Below are positions 9,438 through 20,000 of a stretch of DNA of 20,000 nucleotides, piece after piece. This DNA is from Veleropilina oligotropha (Eukaryota), in assembly GCA_048128005.1 (NCBI GenBank), contig JBEUKZ010000117.1, positions 308,310-328,309 of the forward strand, written 5' to 3'. The first letter of the stretch is position 1. Each line of letters starts with the position of its first letter. A program made the translations under genes and the position numbers. The notes under the pieces are model-generated. The model had not been told where the DNA came from, ran no database searches, and worked only from the letters and a program-made list of their open reading frames with translations.

Positions 9438-11839
9438 CACGTTCAAAACAAGTTCTAAAGTAAACAATTTTACATTATGTAATTATTATGTTTACCATCA
9501 TCCACGTTCATATGACAAAATGCAAATCGGGGATTTCATCCAATAATTTAATTAGTTCCAAATACGCTTTCCAAATTCGAGAAGTCTCATTGGTCAAAGT
9601 GACGTCACGTGGAGTGTGATAAATATTCATGTCACACTCGATGCTTTCGTATCAAACTGCACGTCGTCCGCTAGACGTCATTTCGATTCTGCCGGAGGCA
9701 ATCATGTAATTTCAAATATTCCTTTGAGATTCAATCATATACAATGAATGTATACATATACATGAATAATATACAATGAATGTATATGATAAAACTATTC
9801 CTCAGATTTTCAAATATCCAGGCTATTTTGCGCTTAGAATAATACGTAAGGTGCAATTTAACATGACGTTATTAATTGCTTAGTCATTGTTCAGCATTGA
9901 CAGGCATCTAAAGTAAGATATTTTTAAAAATAAAAATGTTACCCTGCGGTTTCTCTTCTGATACGTACGTTTATCTTGTTCGCTATGACAACGTTAATTG
10001 CGTTCACAAGTAACAATTGGCAAACTTGTTGGTTGTATTGTCAATAATATATACATCTGTGTTATCCCCATATACAAAAATCTAGCTTATTACCTTAACA
10101 GTTACACTGTTTACAATATGTAAAATACTATGTGTGCCTGTCTCCAACATTATATTTCATATTCGGCTATACAACGGTATTCCTGAAATGCGGCCGACGG
10201 TCACTGCATGCAAAGGCACAGTACCGCATTGCAGGTCTCTTGATCTTGATTCTAATAAGAAATCCTTTAACTAACTGTATGGCAAAGTTTCAAAATGAGG
10301 AAAAGGGGATGTGTGCCCGATTGTCATAGCGTTTGTCGTTTTCCAAACGGGCAACACGGAGGAGTGCGCCTTTGCATGCATCAGACTTAAGAGATAATAT
10401 GGTAGAAAGGGCAGTTATTAAACTTCTGAAGTGCATTTACTAGACCCCGCGGAATAATATGATTATGCGATTTGCATAATTTCTGAATTTAGAAGGGACC
10501 ACATAATCGCAATATTTCAACTTTTTTGTGCATAATTTATCATTTTTTGCAATAACATGACAGAATCCTATAAATGATAAGTTCAAGCATATTTTATTAT
10601 TGAAACACTATTGTTTGACTTCATAAATAACATCGATTTACAGTATATTGCATAATTTTATTAAATTGGTGCATATTATTTCATAATTTCATTGATTTGA
10701 GTGCATATTATTTCATTAATCTGGGTGCATAATATGCTGTTTCTTTTCGCATAATTTGAAGAAAATTAGAACGGTGCGATAGACGGAGTCAAGACAACTC
10801 GTGCCATAGACAACTCATGAATTTAAGGGCAATTGTCTCTTTACGTCAAATATTGGTGGTTTTCAATACCAGATTTATCTCCATTGCATTTACTCAATAA
10901 ATATCGCTGCGTTCGTAAATTCATCTGAAGTAGACCCTATTCGAATCATTTCTACCACATAACACAGTTTCCAATCCTCTACAGTCACCATTAAGGCATT
11001 ATATATTCTGTAAGACCTACATTTTAATCAACTGTGGCTACATTTGGGTAATTAGTTGGACCGCTCAGGGCCCCCCCTGTCCTCATGATAGCTACGGCCC
11101 TGCCGCTCAGCGACGAGCTGCTTCATCTATGGATTATATACTTCTAACTGTAGAAATATTGATTCTATAATCGTACTTTTCTTAAAATAAATGTTTTAGT
11201 GGATAATGAAAGTTGAACAAATAAATTGTACCATGTAGCATGATGAATGATGGATGTAGAATAAAGAATGTAGGATGTAGAATTTTTGCACCAATTCGGC
11301 TCCATACAATACAACTTTAATGGCTTTAATGTGTGCACGACGTAAGTCATTCCATAATGATTGTCTGTTCGGTTTTGCCAGCTCAAAAATATCACATATC
11401 GATTTGTATCTAACTTGTACCTTTAATACTAAGGTTAATCAATTTGAATGTAGCCAACTGTTTTTTTGTTAATCACAATCATATTGACAATGTGGGTAGA
11501 AATTACAAGATCCGACGTGCACGTATTTCTTTCTTCAGACATCAGTCGATCTATATTCTAGTTATGATGGCATAATACGTAGAACGAAACGGCAGCCAGG
11601 AGACAATATCTATTGACGCAGTTGTAAGGAAGGTTAACAATAACATACAAATGTAGCGCGACTCAGCTGGCCATATCATTCTCACCATATGTTATCCGAG
11701 ATAAATATGTTCACAAATTATGATCGCCATCTTTCTGTATGCGGTGTCCTGATTAAATTATATCGCAAATTCACTTTGCGTACCATGTTTCGTTCGATCA
11801 CCATTTAGTGAAGCGGCCATGCTTATCATAGCCCCCTAA

Positions 11840-13436
11840 AAATAGGAGTAACCCCTCCCCAGGGTAGAACAAAGAACAACCATATTTTTTTGGTTCATTA
11901 GGATGTATTGAGTAAGGAATGGATGGTTGTGAAAAAACGTTTATTTTTTACATGATTTGTGTGTCTGGGGGTCAACAATTTTGAGCGCGTCATAAAATCA
12001 CAATTTAAATGACTTCTATTTATTAACCAAATAGCAGTAAAATGGTATATTTCTGTTCTGAATAAGTACGAAGAGAGGTGCATGTTTTCTTAAAGTGTTT
12101 GTCATGGTTAATTATAGCATTAAATTAGATATGTAAAGATCATGATCAAGACAGAGGAATTGCAGTTACGATGATATTTGATGATTTGCTCAATATTTAT
12201 TAACTACTCTGTCCATTTTGTCTTTATAGGCACAGATAAAATTCCATTGCTGGTGATTGTCCAGAACAGAAAATAAATTATGATGGAAGATGGTAAACCC
12301 CCAGATAAAAAACCGCTTGAATACTAAACAGGGTATTTTGTGCTTCAAATCTCTAAACAAAGGTGGCATTGCTGTCAAAAATCCAAACCAGGATGGCCTA
12401 ATAACTATATCAAATGTTTGTAAAAAACGAAAGGACAATGTTCACGAATTGTTGTCACCCACGGAAGATAATTAAAATTTTGTCCAATGAGATCCATGCG
12501 TCCTTCCACAAACTATGTCGGGCAAAGTAGGCCTACACAAGCTTCACCAACAACTAATTTAACGAAGCAGAAGGTGAAAGTCCACACACAGGCACTGCTT
12601 TGGTGCGGCTAAGCAGCAGAACAGATTCAACCAACTTTAATATCCGTTCTGATTGCGTTGTATGTGGCAAAGTTGACAAGAAAAAAGAGAAACTGACTCC
12701 AATTACAACCAGTACTGGTAAATCAACAAGAGAGAAGGTCTTAGAGGCAGCTGCCAAACGACATGACGATATGGCCAATACCCGAATGCTGACACATTCT
12801 GATATATTCACATTTGATGCAAGATATCACTGGAGTTGTTATGGACATTATATCAGCGATCTTAATATCAAAGCAACGAGTTCTAAGGCTGACAAAATGG
12901 ACGAGAGTGAGACAAACACATGCTATGAGGAAGCATTTCATGTTGTTACGGATGAACTGGAGAAATCCGCCCTATCCCAGGAAATGACCGTAACCAAACT
13001 CTCTTGCGTGAGATCACAGTATGTCAAAGCCCTGGAGGCGACAGGAGTACCCGATGCACAACAATATTCATCGTGGAAGCTAAAGACGAAACATAAAAAC
13101 ATATATGGGGACATAATAGTCTTTGTTCAACAACGCGGCCAATCAGACTTCATCTGCTCAGGCAACATGATAACTGGTGATGCATTCAAACAATCATCCA
13201 ATTTTGAAACCGATGAAGACATTGAGTTTTCTGATTCGGGATCATCATGCAATCATTTGGATGAATCCACGCGATATATGCCATTTCTACGAGGCCATCC
13301 TACAGATCTTTCAGCTATTTACACCATTATATGCAAGATGGTTGACGTTTGTAAGCAAATTGGACAATATCATATTATAGTAACTGCTGACATGGCCATA
13401 TATACAGCAAGGCGCAACAAATCCTATGGGCCAAAC
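11840..13436 (+). mobile_element. 5' part of a degraded DNA-transposon-type large protein gene (same broad family as 4405-5830), cut by an L2 LINE
   Basis: CVVC...REKVLEAAAKRHD...DIFTFDARYHWSCY and PTDLSAIYTI...QYHIIVTADMAIY(fs)SKAQQILW, with frameshifts and stops at 12300-12600 and about 13400. Left boundary approximate. Confidence 0.6.
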
Positions 13437-14266
13437 TATGGAGAAACACGTTAAGTATATCACGAAAACATGTCATTATCATTTGAGGAATATTAGCCGT
13501 ATTCGTCGTTAGTTGACAGAAGACGCATGCCGAACGTTGGTCCAAGCTCTGGTGATATCAAGACTTGACTATGCCAATGTTCTCCTCTATGGCATTCCTC
13601 AGAACCCCACAAGTCGGCTCCAGCGTGTTCAAAACATGGCTGCACGTATCATCACTCTGACTAAGCGAACTGAACACATTAGTCCTGTTCTTCAGGAGTT
13701 ACACTGGTTGCCAGTTAACAAACGCTCAGAGTATAAAGTACTTTTATAAACCTATAAGGCACTTCACGGTATTGCGCCGCAATACATTACGGACCTTATT
13801 CAGCCATATCAGCCATCACGAACACTTCGTTCACAAGACCAATGTCTGCTCCACGTGCCATGTAGTAAGACGCCAACGTACGGTGATCGGTGCTTTAGGA
13901 GGTCTGCTCCTCTTTTATGGAACAGCCTCCCATCTCTAGTTAAGAACTGTCAATCAGTACATTATTTTAAAGTTGTACTTAAAACGCATCTGTTTAGACA
14001 AGTCTACATCAACATTTAATAACATTTTAGTATTGTATACATACATTTTTATATTCAGCATGCATCTCCACGTCAGGACTATTCTATATCATTTATGGTT
14101 TTATTATATTTACTATATTATGGTAGAACATTGCTTTTATTTATATATATGTACCTTTCATCAAATGTGATCTTTTATTATATGTATTGAATTTGTTTTA
14201 TGTAAAGCGCTTTAGAGCTAATTATGGATTTAGCGCTATATAAATATTGTATAATAATAATAATAA
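13437..14266 (+). mobile_element. 5'-truncated L2-clade LINE: RT C-terminus, 3' UTR, terminal stem-loop and (TAA)n tail
   Basis: HLRNISRIRR*LTEDACRTLVQALVISRLDYAN...RLQRVQNMAAR...LQELHWLPV...LRS...YGDRCF...LWNSLP...LKTHLF. Ends in aaagcgcttt..agcgctatataaat then ataataataataataa. Confidence 0.92.
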
Positions 14267-14416
14267 CCATGACATATTCAATAAGTCTCTATAAAAGTCT
14301 GATTCAGAGAACTTATTGTATGTTCTGAACTGGAGGAGATGATTGCACGGTAACTCTGTGTATACAGAACACGATGATGTGATCGCTTAGACCAAGAGCG
14401 ATGCTGCCAGGTTGCA

Positions 14417-14509
14417 CAATTATGTCCGGTCTGTTCACGCAATTATGTCCTGTCTGTTCACGCAATTCTGTCCGGTCTGTTCACGCAATTCTGTCCGGTC
14501 TGTTCACGC
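14417..14509. repeat. 23-bp tandem repeat (about 4 copies) disrupting the APE reading frame
   Basis: caatt(a/c)tgtcc(g/t)gtctgttcacg repeated. Confidence 0.9.
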
Positions 14510-15710
14510 AGATCCAGTCGATGATGGATGAGCTATTTGCTGTGACTCTTCTATTATCTTTAATCAGTTGTTCGAGTTGGAATCTTGTTAGAAATGACTT
14601 AAAGTGTTTATTAGAACTAGGTGCGACAAAGTTAATGTTAAAATCACCGATTAAAATCAATTCCGACTTGGTTGATAGTTCTTCAAGAAATGTCGACAAG
14701 TTATTTACACATGCAGGTTTAGAGTCTGGAGGGCGGTAGATACAACCAACTATAAATGGTAACCTGTTCGGCAAGTTGAAAGACACAAAAATATCCTCAA
14801 TAGGGTGTGATTCCAGTTCGTTGTGGGGCACCAAGTTGTGATCAAGAGATTCGTGTACATACATGCACACTCCGCCCCCATGCCGATTTCTGTCGTTTCG
14901 TTACAATTGATAGCCATCGATATGAAGCTCTTTAGAGTCGATAGACATATCAAACCAAGATTCACAAATGGCCAAAATGTGAACATTTGTTGATTCCATA
15001 ATAATTCTTAGGTTGTCGAGTTTCGGTAATAAACTTATGATGTTTAAATGAGCTATTTTTAGTCATTTTTTAATTTTTCCGAGGTCTTGTGGTTGGAATC
15101 CAGCATGGGGAAATGAAAAAATTGGATATGACACTTCATTTGCTGTGATATTGTTGTCACCAGAGTCAAAGAAAGATTCACTGAATTTGGGAAGTGAGCA
15201 TACATCACAAGACCATTTTTTGTTAATACAGTTCGAGAGACGTACATATTCCGCTGTAGAAGCCAGTGAGCAGTTTATATGTGACCATATCTCACAGTCG
15301 TCACATTGGATCGCTTGTTGGTTACTACGAACAGCTTTATTACAAACACCACACTGATTTCTAATGGGTCCAGGATGTGGATTAATGTCACCCGCAATCA
15401 TGATTAATAATAGTAGCGCGAGTAGGAATAGGTGGCCAAGTGATTCCCGTAGCTTAAATCCGTGAGAGGATTTGAGAGCGGGCGGCCGCCATCTTATTTA
15501 CATGAGCGATTCTTCCCTCCCGTGAATTTCGAAAATTTCAAAACCAAACGATAGATTGCTTCTAATGCGTACATTTTATGAGCATAGCTTTTGTCAAGCA
15601 TACTTTTGGTTGATTTAAAGTTGGTATATGCAGCCGGAAGACACAGCCCGTTGATAAAACATGCAAATAGGTAAAAACACAGGAGACGAAATACAAAAGA
15701 CAACATATAT

Positions 15711-15756
15711 ATAAGCCACCATCTTGCCTACAACACATAAGCCGCCATCTTGCCTA
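15711..15756 (-). promoter_or_regulatory. Duplicated YY1-like motif (AAGATGGCGGC) at the probable LINE 5' end; third copy at 15485-15495
   Basis: ataagccaccatcttgccta (15711-15730) and ataagccgccatcttgccta (15737-15756). Confidence 0.55.
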
Positions 15757-16087
15757 GTTATAACTGTTATGAAAATTTGACGGAAATAAAGAAAGGTCAA
15801 CACATATTCCGAACGCGTCGTTCTTGTTACAATATTCATTATCCTGATTTCGCCGCGAATACTCTGTTCTGATTGGCTGACGTCATTTTACTAACTGACC
15901 GTGAACCACGGCCAGGCGTGGTTCATGGAAAATTGTACCACGGTGACGTCACTTTTCAATGAAAATATTTATGTCTGGTCAAAGGGAAATAACCGTCGTT
16001 TGATATCATTATAAATAACAAGTGTTATATCAAGTCGGGAGTAAGATAACTATGTAAGGTAATTAAGACAGGGTATATCAATCAAGA

Positions 16088-16235
16088 TTAATACGTTGTC
16101 GAGCAACGTCTTGATAGACACGGTGAATGGAATACCGCCTAACGTTAAACCACTTGGCTAACTCCTCGTGGTTTAGCGTTAGGCGGTATTCAATACACAG
16201 TGTCTACCGCGACGTCGCTCGATAAATTATATTAA
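16088..16235. repeat. Long imperfect palindrome (about 65-bp arms, 14-nt loop), probably part of a non-autonomous element spanning about 15830-16235
   Basis: gaataccgcctaacgttaaaccac (16130-16153) versus gtggtttagcgttaggcggtattc (16168-16191): 23/24 complementary; outer arms more diverged. Confidence 0.85.
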
Positions 16236-16254
16236 ACATGCTTTTGTTTTAAAT

Positions 16255-16891
16255 TTGGGCAGGTCTTTGGAATGGAGTGAGTTGTAATGTCGTTTAATGT
16301 TGCAGATAATTCTGAAATTTGGTCATCGAATCATCACCCTATTAACTGCATCGAGCACATGTGGAATTATCTTTGCAACGATCCTTGTGGTGTCCAGATG
16401 CTTGGCATTTGAAACACCGCAAGGGGTTTGGAATGTAGGCTTTTGCCATCACTGAATGTGGTCAGGCGTGTAACCTTAGTTAAGCCCAGACTTTTCATAC
16501 CTTCCAGCAATTCTAAGTCACTGCAGATCCATCGATCTTATTACCCTTTTGATGATATTCAAGTCTGATGTGGAAGAATCTTTACTGAAATGTTGACAAA
16601 CGTTCTTGGCGTGGCTCATCCTGGCGCATTCGACCAGTAGTTTGCCAGCTCGAAGTTTCTTAACAGTCGTCGGTTCGCCAGCCAGGCCAGGAATGGACTT
16701 GGCGATGGCGAACGGACTCAGGGTGTGATTTCTATATCGGTGCGAGACTCGACCGTCAAGAAACGGGGCCAGTTGACTATTGTAGTGGTAGGAGGGGTCG
16801 GTTTAAAACGTTCAGAATCATATGGAATTGTTCTAAATTTCCTGACGACTTCAGCATCTTCAAATTCAAATTTGTGCTTTTACGTTGCCAT
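16255..16891 (-). mobile_element. Degraded ORF1 (gag-like, CCHC knuckles) of an I/Nimb/Jockey-type LINE
   Basis: Manual translation: MAT*KHKFEF...NWPRFLTVES...LSPFAIAKSIPGLAGEPTTVKKLRAG..LLVEC...AYIPNPLRCFKCQASGHHKDRCKDNSTCARC...SKTCP. Confidence 0.85.
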
Positions 16892-16892
16892 A

Positions 16893-17100
16893 ATGTTAAA
16901 AAAGCTTCAACTTGGAATACGAGGAAAGCAGCTTGATTGGTTTAGCAGTGTTCCAAATAAACTATTATTTGGTAGTCCGATGCCAACAAAATTGCCGTCG
17001 GGCCAGTCAATTTCACTACATGAAAGTCCGCCGGGCCGATATATTTTGCGGTCATTCAAATTCACAAAGCATCTTATTCTATCAAAACCAAATATATCGT
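16893..17100 (+). mobile_element. Degraded LINE reverse transcriptase fragment
   Basis: LKKLQLGIRGKQLDWFSS...ESPPG..IL resembles the KL..LGIRG..L.WF.SFL...G.PQGSIL RT region. Confidence 0.45.
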
Positions 17101-19068
17101 CACAACTGGTTAAACACTTGCTGGGGTACATTTTATTTAGAAAATCATAATCATGATATCTGATAAATAATAATCATGATTTTGTCATTTTAATAAAAGA
17201 GAAAATCAAGAAAATGATCAAATATGCGCAATCATAAATTAATAGTCATTATTAAATGGAATGGTAAATCGTAATCGTGATTAAAATATGGCACATCAAA
17301 TGGCAGCACAGTCACTGGCACACTTTTTATTTATGAAAAGTTTAATTGCACAAACGGTAAATTTATGTGCTCCCATGGCTTACTTTATTTTGTTTTGTCT
17401 AACGGACATAATTTAACATAATACTTCGATGTATTTTGTTGCAGAAATATGGTAGATGAACAGAAATATAGTCAAAAATGTCAATGTAAGTTCAATATAC
17501 ACTACAGTATATTTAAAAAAACAACAATTGACAAAACTCGGTATATTCTTCTTGCGTGACCGCGAGCACAACGTCTTCACTGGGCGCCGCCATTTTGGAA
17601 TAAATCGTGATTTAAAATCAGTCATGGACGTAGGCATGATTACTATTTTGAGTTATCATGATTACGATTATATAAATAAAAGATGTAATCATAATCATGA
17701 GACACCAAACATGATTGTGATCGATGTAAATAGAATGCATGTCGTCGGCTATCATGTCAATAGTTGAGCTCCAATAGTTGCTTGAAGACGCAAAGTGTAC
17801 ACAACAGATAACGGTCCAGATAACACGGCTATAAAGTTGTCAAAAATGACGCACATGTACTTGGAACTGCAGCCACTTTATTTTCAACTGAATTAATGCA
17901 GTGACATTCGAGTCGTTCAAATATTAATCTAAGATAAAACTAACTTCGTACGTACGACATTTTGACTGTAGTAAACGTCATGTGCTTGCAAATGTGTGGT
18001 CCGGAAGGGATAGTGAAAAGTGCACATTTACTACATTTTTTAAGAAAAGTGTATCATTAGTATTATAATAATAGGGTCAAGTTAAATTACAATAAATCTA
18101 CTATAAAGAAATCACAAATGTTGGTGTTCTTTCGGTACTTCCCCACAGATCCGGCTTTTATACATATTTAAGGTGCTCCGGCTTGTATTCGTCTGAAATT
18201 TTCACACTCCGCGTATTATCTGCCTTGTCAATTTCTGCGTTGTCGATTTAGGGTCAGTGTAACAGTAAGCAGGGTTCAGGGTTAGGGTACTCCTATAACA
18301 TATGAGACCGGGTTGACGTGCCTTCCCAACCCTACCTCATATATCCCAAGCACCATTTATGACGAGCAGGTTCCCGACGAAATCCGTCGGGAACGGTTTT
18401 GGATCAAATTACTTATTAAAAATACAGTGAAACAAACAGTAAATACATAAATTGTATAAATATGCATGAATATACACATACCTGTTAGTTTTTATTGATG
18501 TTGTTGTCATAATGTATGATAAAACAGCATTATTTGTCAATGTGTAACCGTCAAACTGTTTGATGGTATTTTCCTCAATGTCGCGACCTCTATACGACCT
18601 CTATTTTGATTGGTGGATTTAATGAAAACGTAACGCTAACGTCCCAAAATAGCGACCGTCTTCTGTTTACAGACACACAGGTACTGCGATTTTAAATGTG
18701 ATGCGCAGTTAACATAAATCGTTGTGGGCATACACACTCGAACTGATAATCGATTCTAAAAACGTTTTCGAGAGAACCGTTTTCAAAACGTAAATAAAAC
18801 GATTTAGCCCAAAACGCATAAATATGCGTTTTGGCTACGATTTCATACATTTACTGCGATTTACACCAGCCGATCTCTGAGTATGTATAGTGTAATCGAT
18901 TCCCCATAAAAGTTTGTACTTTGCGTACTATATACGTCATACTGATCCATGCGCGCTTATTGCGCATGTGTGACGACCATGTTTACAAGTGTCAAAATAG
19001 CGCGGGAATACAAAATACACACAGTCTACCATTTCGTGAACAAACATTTATAACTAGGTCTAGTAGAT

Positions 19069-19449
19069 ATGGCAAAGTGGGATTCCGAAGAGACATTGAC
19101 TTTAATAGATTTGTGGGGAGAGGATGCAATAGACAACATGTTACAGAAGAAATCAAACAGGGAAGTATATATGAATATCGCTGCCAAAATGTTAAAGTCT
19201 ATAGTTACGAAAGGTCATGGCATCAGTGTCGAACAAAAATCAAAGCTCTGCGACATGCCTACACCAAGGCTAAGGATCATAACAACACATCGGGCAAGAG
19301 CAGATCGACATTTCAATTTTTCGAAGAGATCGATACAATTTTGGGTGATCGCCCATTATCTGAGCCAGATAATATATTTGAATCATCTAATGATCCACTT
19401 TCCGACGCTGAATCAGATGACGAAACACAGCCTCAGATCACGGAACAAG
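19069..19449 (+). pseudogene. Myb/SANT-like (trihelix, MSANTD-type) DNA-binding protein, frameshifted; typical of the PIF/Harbinger accessory ORF
   Basis: MAKWDSEETLTLIDLWGE...NREVYMNIAAKML in one frame continues as YSYERSWHQCRTKIKALRHAYTKAKDHNNTSGKSRSTFQFFEEIDTILGDRP after a frameshift near 19195-19200. Donor-like CAAG|GTAATG at 19449/19450. Confidence 0.8.
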
Positions 19450-19640
19450 GTAATGCCATGCACATCAAATCGAAGAATATATAATGCAAAGGCAGCTTGT
19501 AGCGCTATATAGTCTTTAGCATTGATACTTGATATCTGGTCCAACATAAACCTTGTTGCAGCTACAAACAAGGTTAGTACCGAATTATGCTACTAGGAGC
19601 CCTATACTATAATAGACGGCAGTTCCGTGTAGTCACCTAC

Positions 19641-20000
<360 letters not shown>

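Larger units (their letters stand above)
8740..9480 (+). mobile_element. 5'-truncated Penelope-like retroelement (PLE, Poseidon-like) with inverted pseudo-LTRs and a disrupted GIY-YIG endonuclease
   Basis: 8740-8863 and 9361-9480 are inverted copies (about 120 bp, few mismatches, 4-nt indel). The interior translates with stops/frameshift to LPYVQGLS*KLSRI...HTKDRTPDERKCRVIYQINCEQSPEHTYIGETKRTLATRFKEH...DWTKRKVQ*AIYIRERKPTMNCDQG, typical of a PLE GIY-YIG domain. Confidence 0.9.
14340..15756 (-). mobile_element. 5' portion of a CR1/L2-group LINE: YY1-motif 5' end, 2A-like motif, PHD finger, APE endonuclease (disrupted, no RT)
   Basis: GDINPHPGP-CGVC...IQCDDCEIWSHINC...WSCDVC (PHD). RNDRNRHGGGVCMYV, GCIYRPP, LIGDFN, SIIDWI and GLSDH are APE motifs. 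Confidence 0.85.

Noticed and set aside
8740..9480. DNA transposon or MITE with 120-bp TIRs
   Set aside because: The interior encodes a PLE GIY-YIG domain and the repeats contain the PLE hammerhead; inverted pLTRs are normal for PLEs; no TSD seen.
7542..10400. Calling the gene PRDM9
   Set aside because: No PR/SET, KRAB or SSXRD coding sequence is recognisable upstream in the window; only the evolutionary pattern is similar.
11060..11102. hAT-like terminus (minus strand CAGGGCCGTAGCTA)
   Set aside because: No matching second terminus or TSD found in the window; too short to support.
12600..13454. 284-aa ORF as an intact host gene
   Set aside because: Non-ATG start, homology-like motifs continue across frameshifts on both sides, and it is truncated by the L2 insertion.
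15063..15401. Host PHD-finger chromatin gene
   Set aside because: Directly followed by APE endonuclease motifs and preceded by a 2A-like motif, so it is LINE-encoded.
18248..18290. Interstitial telomere
   Set aside because: Only two or three scattered TTAGGG-like units, not an array.

Overview
AT-rich, repeat-dense eukaryotic DNA, most consistent with a marine invertebrate such as a mollusc or annelid (inference from the TE families; no organism can be assigned). The only apparently intact genes are two tandem minus-strand C2H2 zinc-finger array genes: 1030-2064 (12 fingers plus a decayed tail) and 7542-8477 (11 fingers). Neither has a visible effector domain. Their arrays evolve like coding minisatellites. 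One has a 168-bp two-finger unit repeated about 4 times. The other has an 84-bp unit whose variation falls almost entirely on DNA-contacting helix codons, a PRDM9-like pattern. They are embedded in transposon relics: a Penelope-like element whose inverted pseudo-LTRs each carry a minimal hammerhead ribozyme motif with an atypical G3:C8/C4 core, CR1-, L2- and I-clade LINE fragments, a PHD/APE LINE 5' end with a degenerate 2A-like motif, two fragments of a large DNA-transposon-type protein, and a frameshifted Harbinger-type Myb/SANT gene. There are also a long palindrome and several microsatellites. All calls come from manual reading and translation; no database searches were run.
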